This document shows positions 1 through 8,815 of a stretch of DNA of 64,000 bases, one piece after another (positions within the stretch are counted from its first letter, which is position 1; each line of letters starts with the position of its first letter). A program made the position numbers and the translations under genes. A model generated the notes under the pieces. The model saw nothing but the letters and a program-made list of their open reading frames with translations. It was not told the origin of the DNA and made no database searches. Where the stretch lies: NCBI GenBank assembly GCA_965116905.1, contig OZ220732.1, positions 3,424,001 to 3,488,000 on the forward strand, read 5' to 3'. This stretch comes from Longimicrobiales bacterium. Its GTDB lineage: Bacteria > Gemmatimonadota > Gemmatimonadetes > Longimicrobiales > Gaopeijiaceae.

Positions 1-1
1 C

Positions 2-3000
2 GGTATCGCGGGCCGGGTCAGCCTCGACGACGGCATGGGCCTTGACGGCGTGACGGTTACGCTGGCGGGCGCGGCCGAGGCGACGGCAATGACGTCGAAC
101 GGCGGGCAGTACGCTTTTGCCGGGCTGGCGGCTGGCACCTACGTGCTCAGCATCGAGAACCCGGACGCCAACGCGTACAGCTTCGCCGAAGACGAGATGA
201 TGAAGACGGTCATGCTGGAAGACGACCAGTCTGCGATCGTGAACTTCAGCGGCACGCACACCCGCACCGCTTCGGTGTCGGGCATGCTGTTCGTCGACGA
301 AGTGATGCAGGACAAGATGTACACCGACGGCGAGCCCACGATCGTCGCAGCGCTGGGACCCTGGCTGGGGTCGCTGGCTGACGATGACCCGGCGAAGATG
401 GCCGTGCTCGGAGCGCTGGCCAAGGCGACGGTGAAGCTGCGCGGCCCGGATCTCAGCGACGAGCATGACATTCCCATCATGGCGGACGGCAGCTTCACGA
501 CGGGCCCGGCGCTGATGGCAGGGTCGTACCAGGTCGAGTTGCCGGTCAATAACGACACCGTGGCGGCGGGTCTCGCCGCGGCAGGCGTCGCGTTCGTCGG
601 CGAGTCGATGGTGGTCGACGTCGAGGCTGGCGGCAGCGCGACGGTCAACTTCCCGTTCCGGATCACGATGCAGACGGTGGTGACCGGTGCCCGCATGGGC
701 GGCGGCGGCCACTTCGGTCTCCCGGTCGAGGGCGTGGAGCTGGCGCTGTATGCCCGGGCCGACGGCACCGACATGCTGGGCGAAGCCACGACCGACGAGA
801 TGGGCATGGCCACGTTCAACTTCGCGCGCGCGGACAACACGGGTCCCGTGGGCAACGACAACATCGTATTCGTGAAGGCCATGGATTCGGGGCACCCGGC
901 GCTGCACGTGAGCGGCAACGAGTTTGTCGAGATCAACCACGCGTCGACGGCGCGTCTCTACGCTGCGGACGCCGAGAAGGAAGTGGCGACGCTGATCAAC
1001 GTGGCGGTCGCGTTCGACTTCTGGGTCAAGAGCAACGAGATGGCCCGCAACGGCGACGAGGGCCTCGGCGGCTGGAGCACCGAGGTCTACTTGGGCGATC
1101 CGGAGGACGAGGACAACATGCCTCTGATGCTTCCGAATCCCATGGATCCCACGATGATGGTCAACGCCACCCTGCCCACGGACACCACGAAGGGCGACGA
1201 TCTGGGTAAGAGCACGTTCGCGTACGTGGCCGACCCGACGATGGTGGATTATCCCGTGACGTTCACGGTGATGGCGGCCATGGACGACGAGGCCGACTGT
1301 AAGGGATCGGGCCTGATGGCGGTATCCGATCAGCCCGACCAGTGCGAGATGTGGGAGCAGAGCGACGCGCTCACGCACACGCACACGGGGCTTGACCTTC
1401 CGCCGGGCAAGGACGACGACATGCTCGACCTCGGCCCCATCCGGATCACGTACACGACGCAGACCGTCTACGTCGGCGCGCACCGTGAGCTGGACGACCG
1501 GACCGGGTTTACCGACTTCATCGGTGTCGGAGACGGCGATGCCCGTCCCATGGGCACCGGCGTGGACGAGATCGAGGTCAGCCTGATGGTCGCGGACAGC
1601 AGAGGGCGTCTCAGAGCCTTCGAGTATGACCACGACATGGACGAGGACACGGAGGATGTCGAAGCGACGGCGACCGTCGGCGCTTCGGGCATGGTGTCAT
1701 TCGCCCACATTCCCGCCGATACCGAATTCACGGTCGTGGCCGATGCGGGCAGCGACATGATGATCGTTCCCGACGATCGATCCACGAGGGAGATCGACGC
1801 GTTCGGCGATCAGCTGGACGACTATCCCGACGGCAAGATGGTCGGCGCCTTCGGTGACGGCAGCGGCGCGCGTGCGGACGTCTGGATCTGCCCGCTGTGG
1901 AGACTCGACAACGACGATCCCAACGAGAACTGCTCGACCTTCGCCTACAAGTGGACGTCGGGGACGGTCTCGGGTGCCGTAACGCGTCTTCAGGAAGGCG
2001 ACGAAGCGGCCGTGATCCTGATGCCGGTCAACAGCAACGAAGACTATGCGTCCGATCTCAAGGATGAGGTCGAGGTGACCGCCGGCGAAGACGGAACAGC
2101 CGATTACTCCTTCACGGGCGTCGCGGACGGACGGTACATGGTCATCTTGGAGGCCACTACAGGATCATGGCGCGGCGACACCATCCAGGTCGGCGGTGTA
2201 ATGCACGACGAAGAAAACGACGAAGACCACTACACCGGCGACGTCAGCAGCGGCAACGACTTGTCGGCCAGCGACCTGCGCGGCGTGCTGATCGGCAGGA
2301 TCGCCAATGACGTGAACGGGAACGGCTCTCTGAACGGCGACGAGTCACGCGCTGGTGTCGTGGTCGAGATCTACCACGCACCGGGCAACATCACCAGGGG
2401 ATTCGTTCAGGGTGATGCGGTCACGGATAAGAACGGTGATCCGGTTACGGCCACCACTGACGAGGACGGTAACTACCGATTCGAGGATCTTGAGCTTCGG
2501 CAGAGTGACGGCGGTCAAAAGTTCTATCTGGTGAGGGTTCCGGAAACGGATCTGTACAAGGCCGTGAGGAACACCCCGATAGGGCTGAAAGACGTTGAAC
2601 TCCGGGAGGTCGTGGATTACGCCATCCATCCAGCGATCACCGCCGATGTCGCCGATCATGAATGGAATACGCTCTATCCTGACCTCCCCACGTGGGATTA
2701 CTCCACAAGCATGCTCGGTGCTAGCGCGCTGAGCGATTTCGTGCTGCTCTACAAGGACGGCGAAGTCGAGGGCACGGTGTCGGATCCGAGCGTACGGGCC
2801 GCGCATCAGCGCGCGGTCGTAGAGCTGCACCGCTGCAAGGTTTCGAACCAAGTGAGGGGCGGGTGCGACGAGTACTCCGGCGAAGTCGAGGAAGCGTCCG
2901 TGAACTCGGACGGCGAGTGGCTCGCGGAAAACCTTCTGGAGGGCATATGGGAGGTCGTCGTGGACCTGCCGGCCGGGTATGTGCACGTCGACGCGAGCGG

Positions 3001-3910
3001 GCGCACCGACGGCGACACCGGTTTCAACGACGACGACAGCTACTTCAGTCAGCAGGACATCGAACTGATGGGCGGTCGTGCGGACGCCGGCACCGAGACG
3101 TTCCACATCAAGGATCGCAACGCGGGTGACGGCGCTACGCTTACGAGTGTCGAGATCGACGGTACTGCGTGCACCAGGGGCACCGCCACCAACCCTGCGG
3201 ACGAAAACTGCGGCCATGACGAGGACGGATCGTTCTCGGTGGTCGCTACCGCGTCCACGGGCGCGGTCGTCCGTCTGAGTTCGAGTGCGACGGACGCGAG
3301 TCCCACCGGAACGGGGACGTACTCGCAGACATTGAGAAACGGCAGAGCCACGACGGTCACGCTGTCGATGCCTGGCAGCAGGAGGTTCTTCGTTCACGTC
3401 ACGGCCGAGGACGGTTATGCGTCCAACGACGCGACGAGTGAGGGCTTCCATCTCCGGCGCGACGCCGATGTGCGCGTGAAGGAAGTCACGATCTCGTGGA
3501 GCGGCGACAGGATCGAACTGGATCGTGACGCGCTCAACTTGGATCCCGACGGTGAGACGGACCCGGTGACGGGGACGACCACCCTGAGGGTCACGGTGGA
3601 CAAGGGCGACAACAACGGGGATATCCCGATTACGGATCTTACAGTTACAGCCACCAGCATGACCACGGGATTCGGCGTGGCCGGATTTGGCACCGTCGAC
3701 GTGACCACGACTCCCGTCGCGTGTTCCAGCGCGGACTTCACCGGCCTCGCCGGCACAGCATCGGGCACCCTCACGTTGCCGGCGAACACGGCGACCGACA
3801 AGGGAAGCGACGGGGTCTGCTTCCGGATCGCGGACACCGACGGTGAGACGAACCCGGACGCCAACGCCAACAACAACCGCGACTACATCCTGATCGTCAC
3901 CAGGAAGTAG
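2..3910 (+). CDS. Giant acidic surface protein, copy A (5'-partial); carboxypeptidase-regulatory-like/transthyretin-fold repeats and C-terminal cadherin-like beta-sandwich
   Basis: Frame open from base 2 (GIAGRVSLDDGMGL...). Clearly homologous to copies at 39382 and 44021. GQYxFxGLxxGTY repeats; VTAEDG motif near C-terminus. Confidence 0.85.
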   Translation, partial: GIAGRVSLDDGMGLDGVTVTLAGAAEATAMTSNGGQYAFAGLAAGTYVLSIENPDANAYSFAEDEMMKTVMLEDDQSAIVNFSGTHTRTASVSGMLFVDEVMQDKMYTDGEPTIVAALGPWLGSLADDDPAKMAVLGALAKATVKLRGPDLSDEHDIPIMADGSFTTGPALMAGSYQVELPVNNDTVAAGLAAAGVAFVGESMVVDVEAGGSATVNFPFRITMQTVVTGARMGGGGHFGLPVEGVELALYARADGTDMLGEATTDEMGMATFNFARADNTGPVGNDNIVFVKAMDSGHPALHVSGNEFVEINHASTARLYAADAEKEVATLINVAVAFDFWVKSNEMARNGDEGLGGWSTEVYLGDPEDEDNMPLMLPNPMDPTMMVNATLPTDTTKGDDLGKSTFAYVADPTMVDYPVTFTVMAAMDDEADCKGSGLMAVSDQPDQCEMWEQSDALTHTHTGLDLPPGKDDDMLDLGPIRITYTTQTVYVGAHRELDDRTGFTDFIGVGDGDARPMGTGVDEIEVSLMVADSRGRLRAFEYDHDMDEDTEDVEATATVGASGMVSFAHIPADTEFTVVADAGSDMMIVPDDRSTREIDAFGDQLDDYPDGKMVGAFGDGSGARADVWICPLWRLDNDDPNENCSTFAYKWTSGTVSGAVTRLQEGDEAAVILMPVNSNEDYASDLKDEVEVTAGEDGTADYSFTGVADGRYMVILEATTGSWRGDTIQVGGVMHDEENDEDHYTGDVSSGNDLSASDLRGVLIGRIANDVNGNGSLNGDESRAGVVVEIYHAPGNITRGFVQGDAVTDKNGDPVTATTDEDGNYRFEDLELRQSDGGQKFYLVRVPETDLYKAVRNTPIGLKDVELREVVDYAIHPAITADVADHEWNTLYPDLPTWDYSTSMLGASALSDFVLLYKDGEVEGTVSDPSVRAAHQRAVVELHRCKVSNQVRGGCDEYSGEVEEASVNSDGEWLAENLLEGIWEVVVDLPAGYVHVDASGRTDGDTGFNDDDSYFSQQDIELMGGRADAGTETFHIKDRNAGDGATLTSVEIDGTACTRGTATNPADENCGHDEDGSFSVVATASTGAVVRLSSSATDASPTGTGTYSQTLRNGRATTVTLSMPGSRRFFVHVTAEDGYASNDATSEGFHLRRDADVRVKEVTISWSGDRIELDRDALNLDPDGETDPVTGTTTLRVTVDKGDNNGDIPITDLTVTATSMTTGFGVAGFGTVDVTTTPVACSSADFTGLAGTASGTLTLPANTATDKGSDGVCFRIADTDGETNPDANANNNRDYILIVTRK

Positions 3911-3967
3911 GCGCGGACCAACCCGTCGGGATTCCACACCAGGAATTCATGACGGCGCAGTAAGGGG

Positions 3968-4008
3968 GTCGCCCCCGTCCGGTTCGCCGGGCGGGGGCGA
4001 CGTCTTTT
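3968..4008 (+). terminator. Intrinsic terminator after copy A
   Basis: GTCGCCCCCGTCCGG-TTCG-CCGGGCGGGGGCGAC stem-loop followed by TCTTTT. Confidence 0.75.
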
Positions 4009-4436
4009 CCCCCTATGCCGCTGCCGCCACCCGGGTCACCCACCTCACTTGCCGCCAGGCCCTGAAAACCACGAACGGGGGCGCTGGGCTCCGATGGGGG
4101 GCACCTAGACCGCCGTGGTGGCTCGTCGCCGATCACGCGCAGGACGTCGCACCCAGGGCTCGAAATGACAACTATGGTTGACATTCTCCCTCTTCCAGCG
4201 GCCAAACTCCCCGCAATCCCCCGTGCCTCCGCGCACGCTGTGCCCGGATTGCCACATCCGTCAGCCATGGAAACCCTGCGCGCGACCCCTCGGAGTATTG
4301 CGAAACCTCGCTATCATCACAATACTATCCTGCTCGTGACACCTACGATCCTGTAAACCTTACTTTACAAATCGTGATCGTGATTCGCCTGTCGCTCTCC
4401 TGGCGTCAGCAAAGCGGATTCGAGCCGGGATGCTGC

Positions 4437-4600
4437 CCCTTGTCACGCGATAAATCGGATATACTGTCACGACCAGTGAGTGACACGCAGGAACCGGCCA
4501 CGTCGCGGAGCGCCGGCTCCGGCCGAGCACGAAGACATGGGTGCCTGGCCGTACGGCCCGCAACTCTTCGAACACCTCAGGGGTCTGGGTCGCCCCGACA
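4437..4600 (+). pseudogene. Internally deleted remnant of a hybrid histidine kinase gene (upstream region plus GAF fragment)
   Basis: 4437-4511 resembles 8697-8771. About 4525-4580 (EHEDMGAWPYGPQLFEHLR) resembles about 9047-9102 (EHEALVAWPYGPQLFEHLR). Confidence 0.75.
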
Positions 4601-4603
4601 TCC

Positions 4604-5758
4604 TCAGTGCCTCGGGCGGGTGTCGCCCGAGACCGAGAGCACGAGCCGCACGAGATCCGCTTGCCGGTTCGTTCCAGTCTTACGGAGAATGCGCTGCACA
4701 TGGGTGCGGATGGTACTGATTCCGCGCACCGTGGACTCTGCGATGTCAGCCACGCTGTTGCCGTCGGCCAGCATCACCGCGACGCGGGTCTCGGCCTGCG
4801 TCAGACCAAAGCGCGCCGCCACGAGATCGGGGTTGATCACGGTTCGCCTCTTCCCCGAATCCACAACCAGCACCAGCGCCGCGACCGGCCACGCGCATAG
4901 GGCAGCCTCCTGCTGCCCCACGGGGATGACATGCAGTTCCACCGGATTACGGTCCGCCGAGCGCCTCAATACCATCGAGCCGCCGGTGCCCTGTCGGCCG
5001 AACGGAGGCAGCGCACGGGTCAACAGTCTCTGCAGATTGGCATTGTCCCTGGGGGAACGGGCAAATAGGAGGCGGCCGGAGTCAAAGAGGGCGTCGCCGG
5101 TCTGCAGGAACTTCCTGGCGCCGTCGCTCGCCGCCACCACCTTTCCCCGCCAGTCGACCTGGATGATGCCCGGCCCGGTGGCCTCGAGCATCGCGGCAAC
5201 CGACGTGCCCAAGGCTCCAGCTCCGACCAGCACCTGCCTGACGCTCACGTACTGGCGAACATGCGGAAGAAGACGGTGGATCACTTCGATCTGGGCCGAG
5301 GACCAGCCGCCATCGTCGATAGGATCGTTGACGACCCAAACGATGCGCGTGCCGGCGGGTCCGGCCATGCGGACGATGAGGCTATTCCCGGCATGGTGGG
5401 GCACCAGGAACTCGTTGTAGGCCGCGGATGTCTTCAACTCCCGGTCGGTGTAGAGCGAAGTGATGGGGGCCGGTTGGCCATCGGGCAGGCGTCGGAGGCG
5501 CGGGACCCGTTCGTCCCTCGGGTAGTAGACATCGAAGTACTCTCGGTCCACCTCTGGACGGGACTCGCCGCGGCTGAAGCTCCGCGCCATGAAGATCCGG
5601 ACTCCCTGGTCGGAGTTCCCGGCTCCGAACACAAGACTGGTGCTGCTTGCGCCCAACTCGTCCTCGATGAGACGCGAGGCTGCCGACCAGTGGACATCAT
5701 CCAACGTGGCTCGATGTATCGATGCAAGTATGCGATCGAACGCGTCTCGTTCACTCAT
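4604..5758 (-). CDS. LuxR-type HTH transcriptional regulator with N-terminal GAF/PAS-like region
   Basis: C-terminal FGLTQAETRVAVMLADG...STIRTHVQRILRKTGTNRQADLV motif. Confidence 0.88.
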   Translation of the reverse strand: MSERDAFDRILASIHRATLDDVHWSAASRLIEDELGASSTSLVFGAGNSDQGVRIFMARSFSRGESRPEVDREYFDVYYPRDERVPRLRRLPDGQPAPITSLYTDRELKTSAAYNEFLVPHHAGNSLIVRMAGPAGTRIVWVVNDPIDDGGWSSAQIEVIHRLLPHVRQYVSVRQVLVGAGALGTSVAAMLEATGPGIIQVDWRGKVVAASDGARKFLQTGDALFDSGRLLFARSPRDNANLQRLLTRALPPFGRQGTGGSMVLRRSADRNPVELHVIPVGQQEAALCAWPVAALVLVVDSGKRRTVINPDLVAARFGLTQAETRVAVMLADGNSVADIAESTVRGISTIRTHVQRILRKTGTNRQADLVRLVLSVSGDTRPRH

Positions 5759-6052
5759 GACTAAAGGTAGCGAATACCGTTTGAGAATGATCGTCTCGCT
5801 GTTGAATCACCTGCTGACCTGGAAGACGACAGTCTCCGTGTCCTCAATTCTGATGATATTTGCGGGGGGTTGTTGACAGACCGCATAACTGATGATTTGA
5901 TTGCTTGGTCTCCAATATCTGGCGTCTCCCGTGCCCGACCCCGAACAGTTGTCCTGCGCCACCGGTACGTCCTTCAACTGCGTCCGCAGCCGGAAAAAGG
6001 GGGGTACGAGCGAGCCGGAAGACACCCCCACCCAACGAAAGGACCCCGACCA

Positions 6053-6469
6053 GTGACCCGCAGAATCACCCTTGCCGCCACAACATTGGCCTTGGCCGGC
6101 TGCGGCCTCTCGGAACCGTCAGCCACCGGCCACATCGAAGGCCGCATCACCGTTTGCACAACAGCCGCGTCGTTGGTCGAACCCGTCTGCGAGTCGGCGA
6201 CGACCAATGTCAAAATCACCTTGGAGGGTGCAGGCCCCGCGGAGATCGCGACACTCGATTCCGGAATCTTCCGGTTCACCGACGTGGAGGTCGGCAGCTA
6301 CACGCTGTACGCTGCCGAAACGCTTGATCATCCGGCCTGCCTGTTCGTGTTCGAACCGAAAACCGTCACCGTCACCGAAGACCAGACCGCGAACGTCGCC
6401 ATCGATGGGAGGGGAAGATGCTGGTATCCCATTCGGCCCCAATCAGTCGATTCAGCAACTCCCTCATGA
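6053..6469 (+). CDS. Small lipoprotein with carboxypeptidase-regulatory-like domain
   Basis: AAAGGA RBS, GTG start, lipobox LAGC, GIFRFTDVEVGSYTL. Confidence 0.75.
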   Translation: MTRRITLAATTLALAGCGLSEPSATGHIEGRITVCTTAASLVEPVCESATTNVKITLEGAGPAEIATLDSGIFRFTDVEVGSYTLYAAETLDHPACLFVFEPKTVTVTEDQTANVAIDGRGRCWYPIRPQSVDSATPS

Positions 6470-6483
6470 CGTTCCTCGGCTCT

Positions 6484-7731
6484 TCAGGCTCGGATGCACG
6501 AAAGGGGCAGGGACTGGAGCCCTCGCAGCACGACGCCCTTGCGGAACCGCGGAGGGCCGTCCAACAGCTTGATCGAACGGTAGCGGCGAAGCAGCATCTC
6601 GAGAGCAATCCGCCCCTCCAGCCGCGCCAGCGGCGCGCCGAGACAATGGTGTATCCCGCGCCCGAACGAAAGGTGCGGACCCTGGCGGCGCTCGACATCG
6701 AGGCGATCCGGATTCTCGAATACGGCCGGATCCCGGTTAGCCGCGCCAAGGAGTAGCGCCACGTTGTCGCGTTTCCGCAGCGGAAAGCCATTCACCTCGC
6801 AGTCCACGAGGACACGGCGAAAATCGGTCTGCGCCGGAGCGTCGAAGCGCAGCAATTCCTCCACGGCCGCAGGTATCAGACCGGGGTCGTCGCGAAGCCG
6901 CTGAAGCTGATCCGGATGACGAAGCAGAGCCAGCATGCCGTTACCGACCAGGTTCGCCGTCGTCTCCGTCCCGGCGCTGAGGAGCAGTCGCAGCATGTTC
7001 AGCGTTTCCCGGTCGCTCAGACGCGTACCTTCGGCCTGTGCCTGAACCAGGGCACTGACGATGTCGGTCCGTGGCGAGGCTCGGCGCTCTTCGATGACCC
7101 GTCGGAAATAGGCATCGAACTCGCGCGATGCCGCTTCTCCTGCCTCGCGCTCGCGACGGCTGATCACCGGTTCCAGCAAACGTGCGCGCCGCGCCGCCCA
7201 AACGGTGAATTGGGACCTGTCTTCAACTGGAACACCAAGCATCCCGGCCACTACGATCATCGGTAGCGGCCGGGCGACCGCCTCGATCAGGTCGAACGCT
7301 GCCGGGTCGGCGACGTCATCCAACAGAGCTGCCATCGTCCTGCGGATGAGCGGTTCGAGCGAGTTGATCGCCTTCCTGGTGAAGGCCTTGCTGACCAGCG
7401 CCCTCAAGCGGCTGTGGTCCGGCGGATCGAGGAGCAACATCGTGTATTCGCGCGGCGGCGGCAGCATGGCCAGTTGTCGCCGCGTAAGTGAGCCCTTTCG
7501 CGGGTCGTTGCCAAAGTGCCGATGGTCGCGGAGGATGGCATCCACGTCGACGTAGCGGGTGAACACCCAGGCCCTAAGCAACCGGCTCCGATGCACCGGG
7601 GCCCGGGCCCGGAGGGCCGCATACACAGGGTAAGGATCCTGAGTTGTCCGTGCCGACAGCGGGTTGTACGCGACCCCACTCTGGAGGCGCTCCCGCAGGA
7701 CGATCGCACTGATGGCTGCGGACCGGATCAC
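6484..7731 (-). CDS. Cytochrome P450
   Basis: AGTETT I-helix, EELLR (ExxR), heme motif FGRGIHHCLG. Confidence 0.95.
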   Translation of the reverse strand: MIRSAAISAIVLRERLQSGVAYNPLSARTTQDPYPVYAALRARAPVHRSRLLRAWVFTRYVDVDAILRDHRHFGNDPRKGSLTRRQLAMLPPPREYTMLLLDPPDHSRLRALVSKAFTRKAINSLEPLIRRTMAALLDDVADPAAFDLIEAVARPLPMIVVAGMLGVPVEDRSQFTVWAARRARLLEPVISRREREAGEAASREFDAYFRRVIEERRASPRTDIVSALVQAQAEGTRLSDRETLNMLRLLLSAGTETTANLVGNGMLALLRHPDQLQRLRDDPGLIPAAVEELLRFDAPAQTDFRRVLVDCEVNGFPLRKRDNVALLLGAANRDPAVFENPDRLDVERRQGPHLSFGRGIHHCLGAPLARLEGRIALEMLLRRYRSIKLLDGPPRFRKGVVLRGLQSLPLSCIRA

Positions 7732-7955
7732 GTGACGCTCCGGGAACTAGGGCAATAGGGGATGCCTGATGGGATCACTCCGTAAGATGCACAAAGGCGC
7801 ATGCGCGAACGGGCACCAGGCGGACGAATATAACCGGAAAGACAACAGGACCGGAGAATCTGACGAATATCATCAATATTGAGGACGCGGCGGGGATCTC
7901 TCGCGCTTAACGATACATTGTCCATTCATGATCGCGTGAGCGAAAGGGTAAAACG

Positions 7956-8474
7956 ATGAGAGTCCTGCTCGTTGGTTCGGTGCTCGTTCTGGCGTCCTGC
8001 GACCTGATGACGCCGGAGGAAACGATGGAAGTGTGGAAGGGTATCGCAATTCCGGTTACCCAACCGCCGGAAGTGGCCGCCTATGGAGGAACGGACGATC
8101 CGGTCGTGTCGACTGCGGACACAACATATGTAGTGCTCAATCATCAGCGCGATGTCGAGTCCGAGATGGTGTACGGCACATTCGTGATCTGGGAGACCGA
8201 ACCGGATCCTTGCGATCTCGACTGGCTGCCTTCCAGCGATCCGCTGTGCTGGTTCATGACCGACGTCAAGGGGATCGGAATCCCCTTCGAGGATCCGGAG
8301 CATCGAGTGGTCACCTTTACCCTTCCCACCTACGGCGAATGCCAGCTTGTCGGAACGGTTTACGATGATGGTGAAGGCAAGTTCTGGGATGCGGTGGTTC
8401 GCTGCGGTGAAGATGGAGAGTCCCTTTTCTCCGTGGATTTGAGAGAGGACCGTTTCCGTCATCCGGACGCGTAG
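7956..8474 (+). CDS. Hypothetical lipoprotein
   Basis: Hydrophobic signal with LASC lipobox; acidic, Cys-containing mature part. Confidence 0.7.
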   Translation: MRVLLVGSVLVLASCDLMTPEETMEVWKGIAIPVTQPPEVAAYGGTDDPVVSTADTTYVVLNHQRDVESEMVYGTFVIWETEPDPCDLDWLPSSDPLCWFMTDVKGIGIPFEDPEHRVVTFTLPTYGECQLVGTVYDDGEGKFWDAVVRCGEDGESLFSVDLREDRFRHPDA

Positions 8475-8815
8475 GCCAACCCACCGCTAGTTGGCATCCT
8501 CGTAGTTCGGAACGACGCTTCTCCCAGGCATCGGGGCAGCGTACACCACGGGGCAGCGTACACCAAACCTGACCGACGGCGGCACGGACATGGCCGGAAC
8601 CCACCGTGACCGCATCCGCCCCGTCGCAGTGGCCACGATGGGGCGACGACCATCGGCCTGGCAATCCCACGGGCATGGCAGTAACGATACGTGCCACCCT
8701 TGTCACGCGACAAATCGGATATATCTTCGTGATAAGTAAGTGACGCGCAGGAACCGGCCACGTCGCGGAGCACCCACGCCGAGCGCGGTTCGCCGGTTCG
8801 GAAAGGGTCAACGAA

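Noticed and set aside
2345..3937. Long antisense ORFs (e.g. 2345..3937, 8873..11005, 33299..35386, 58892..61327)
   Set aside because: Shadow ORFs opposite well-supported genes
8532..8565. 17-bp tandem duplicate CGGGGCAGCGTACACCA x2
   Set aside because: Two adjacent copies with no spacer; not CRISPR, likely a slippage duplication
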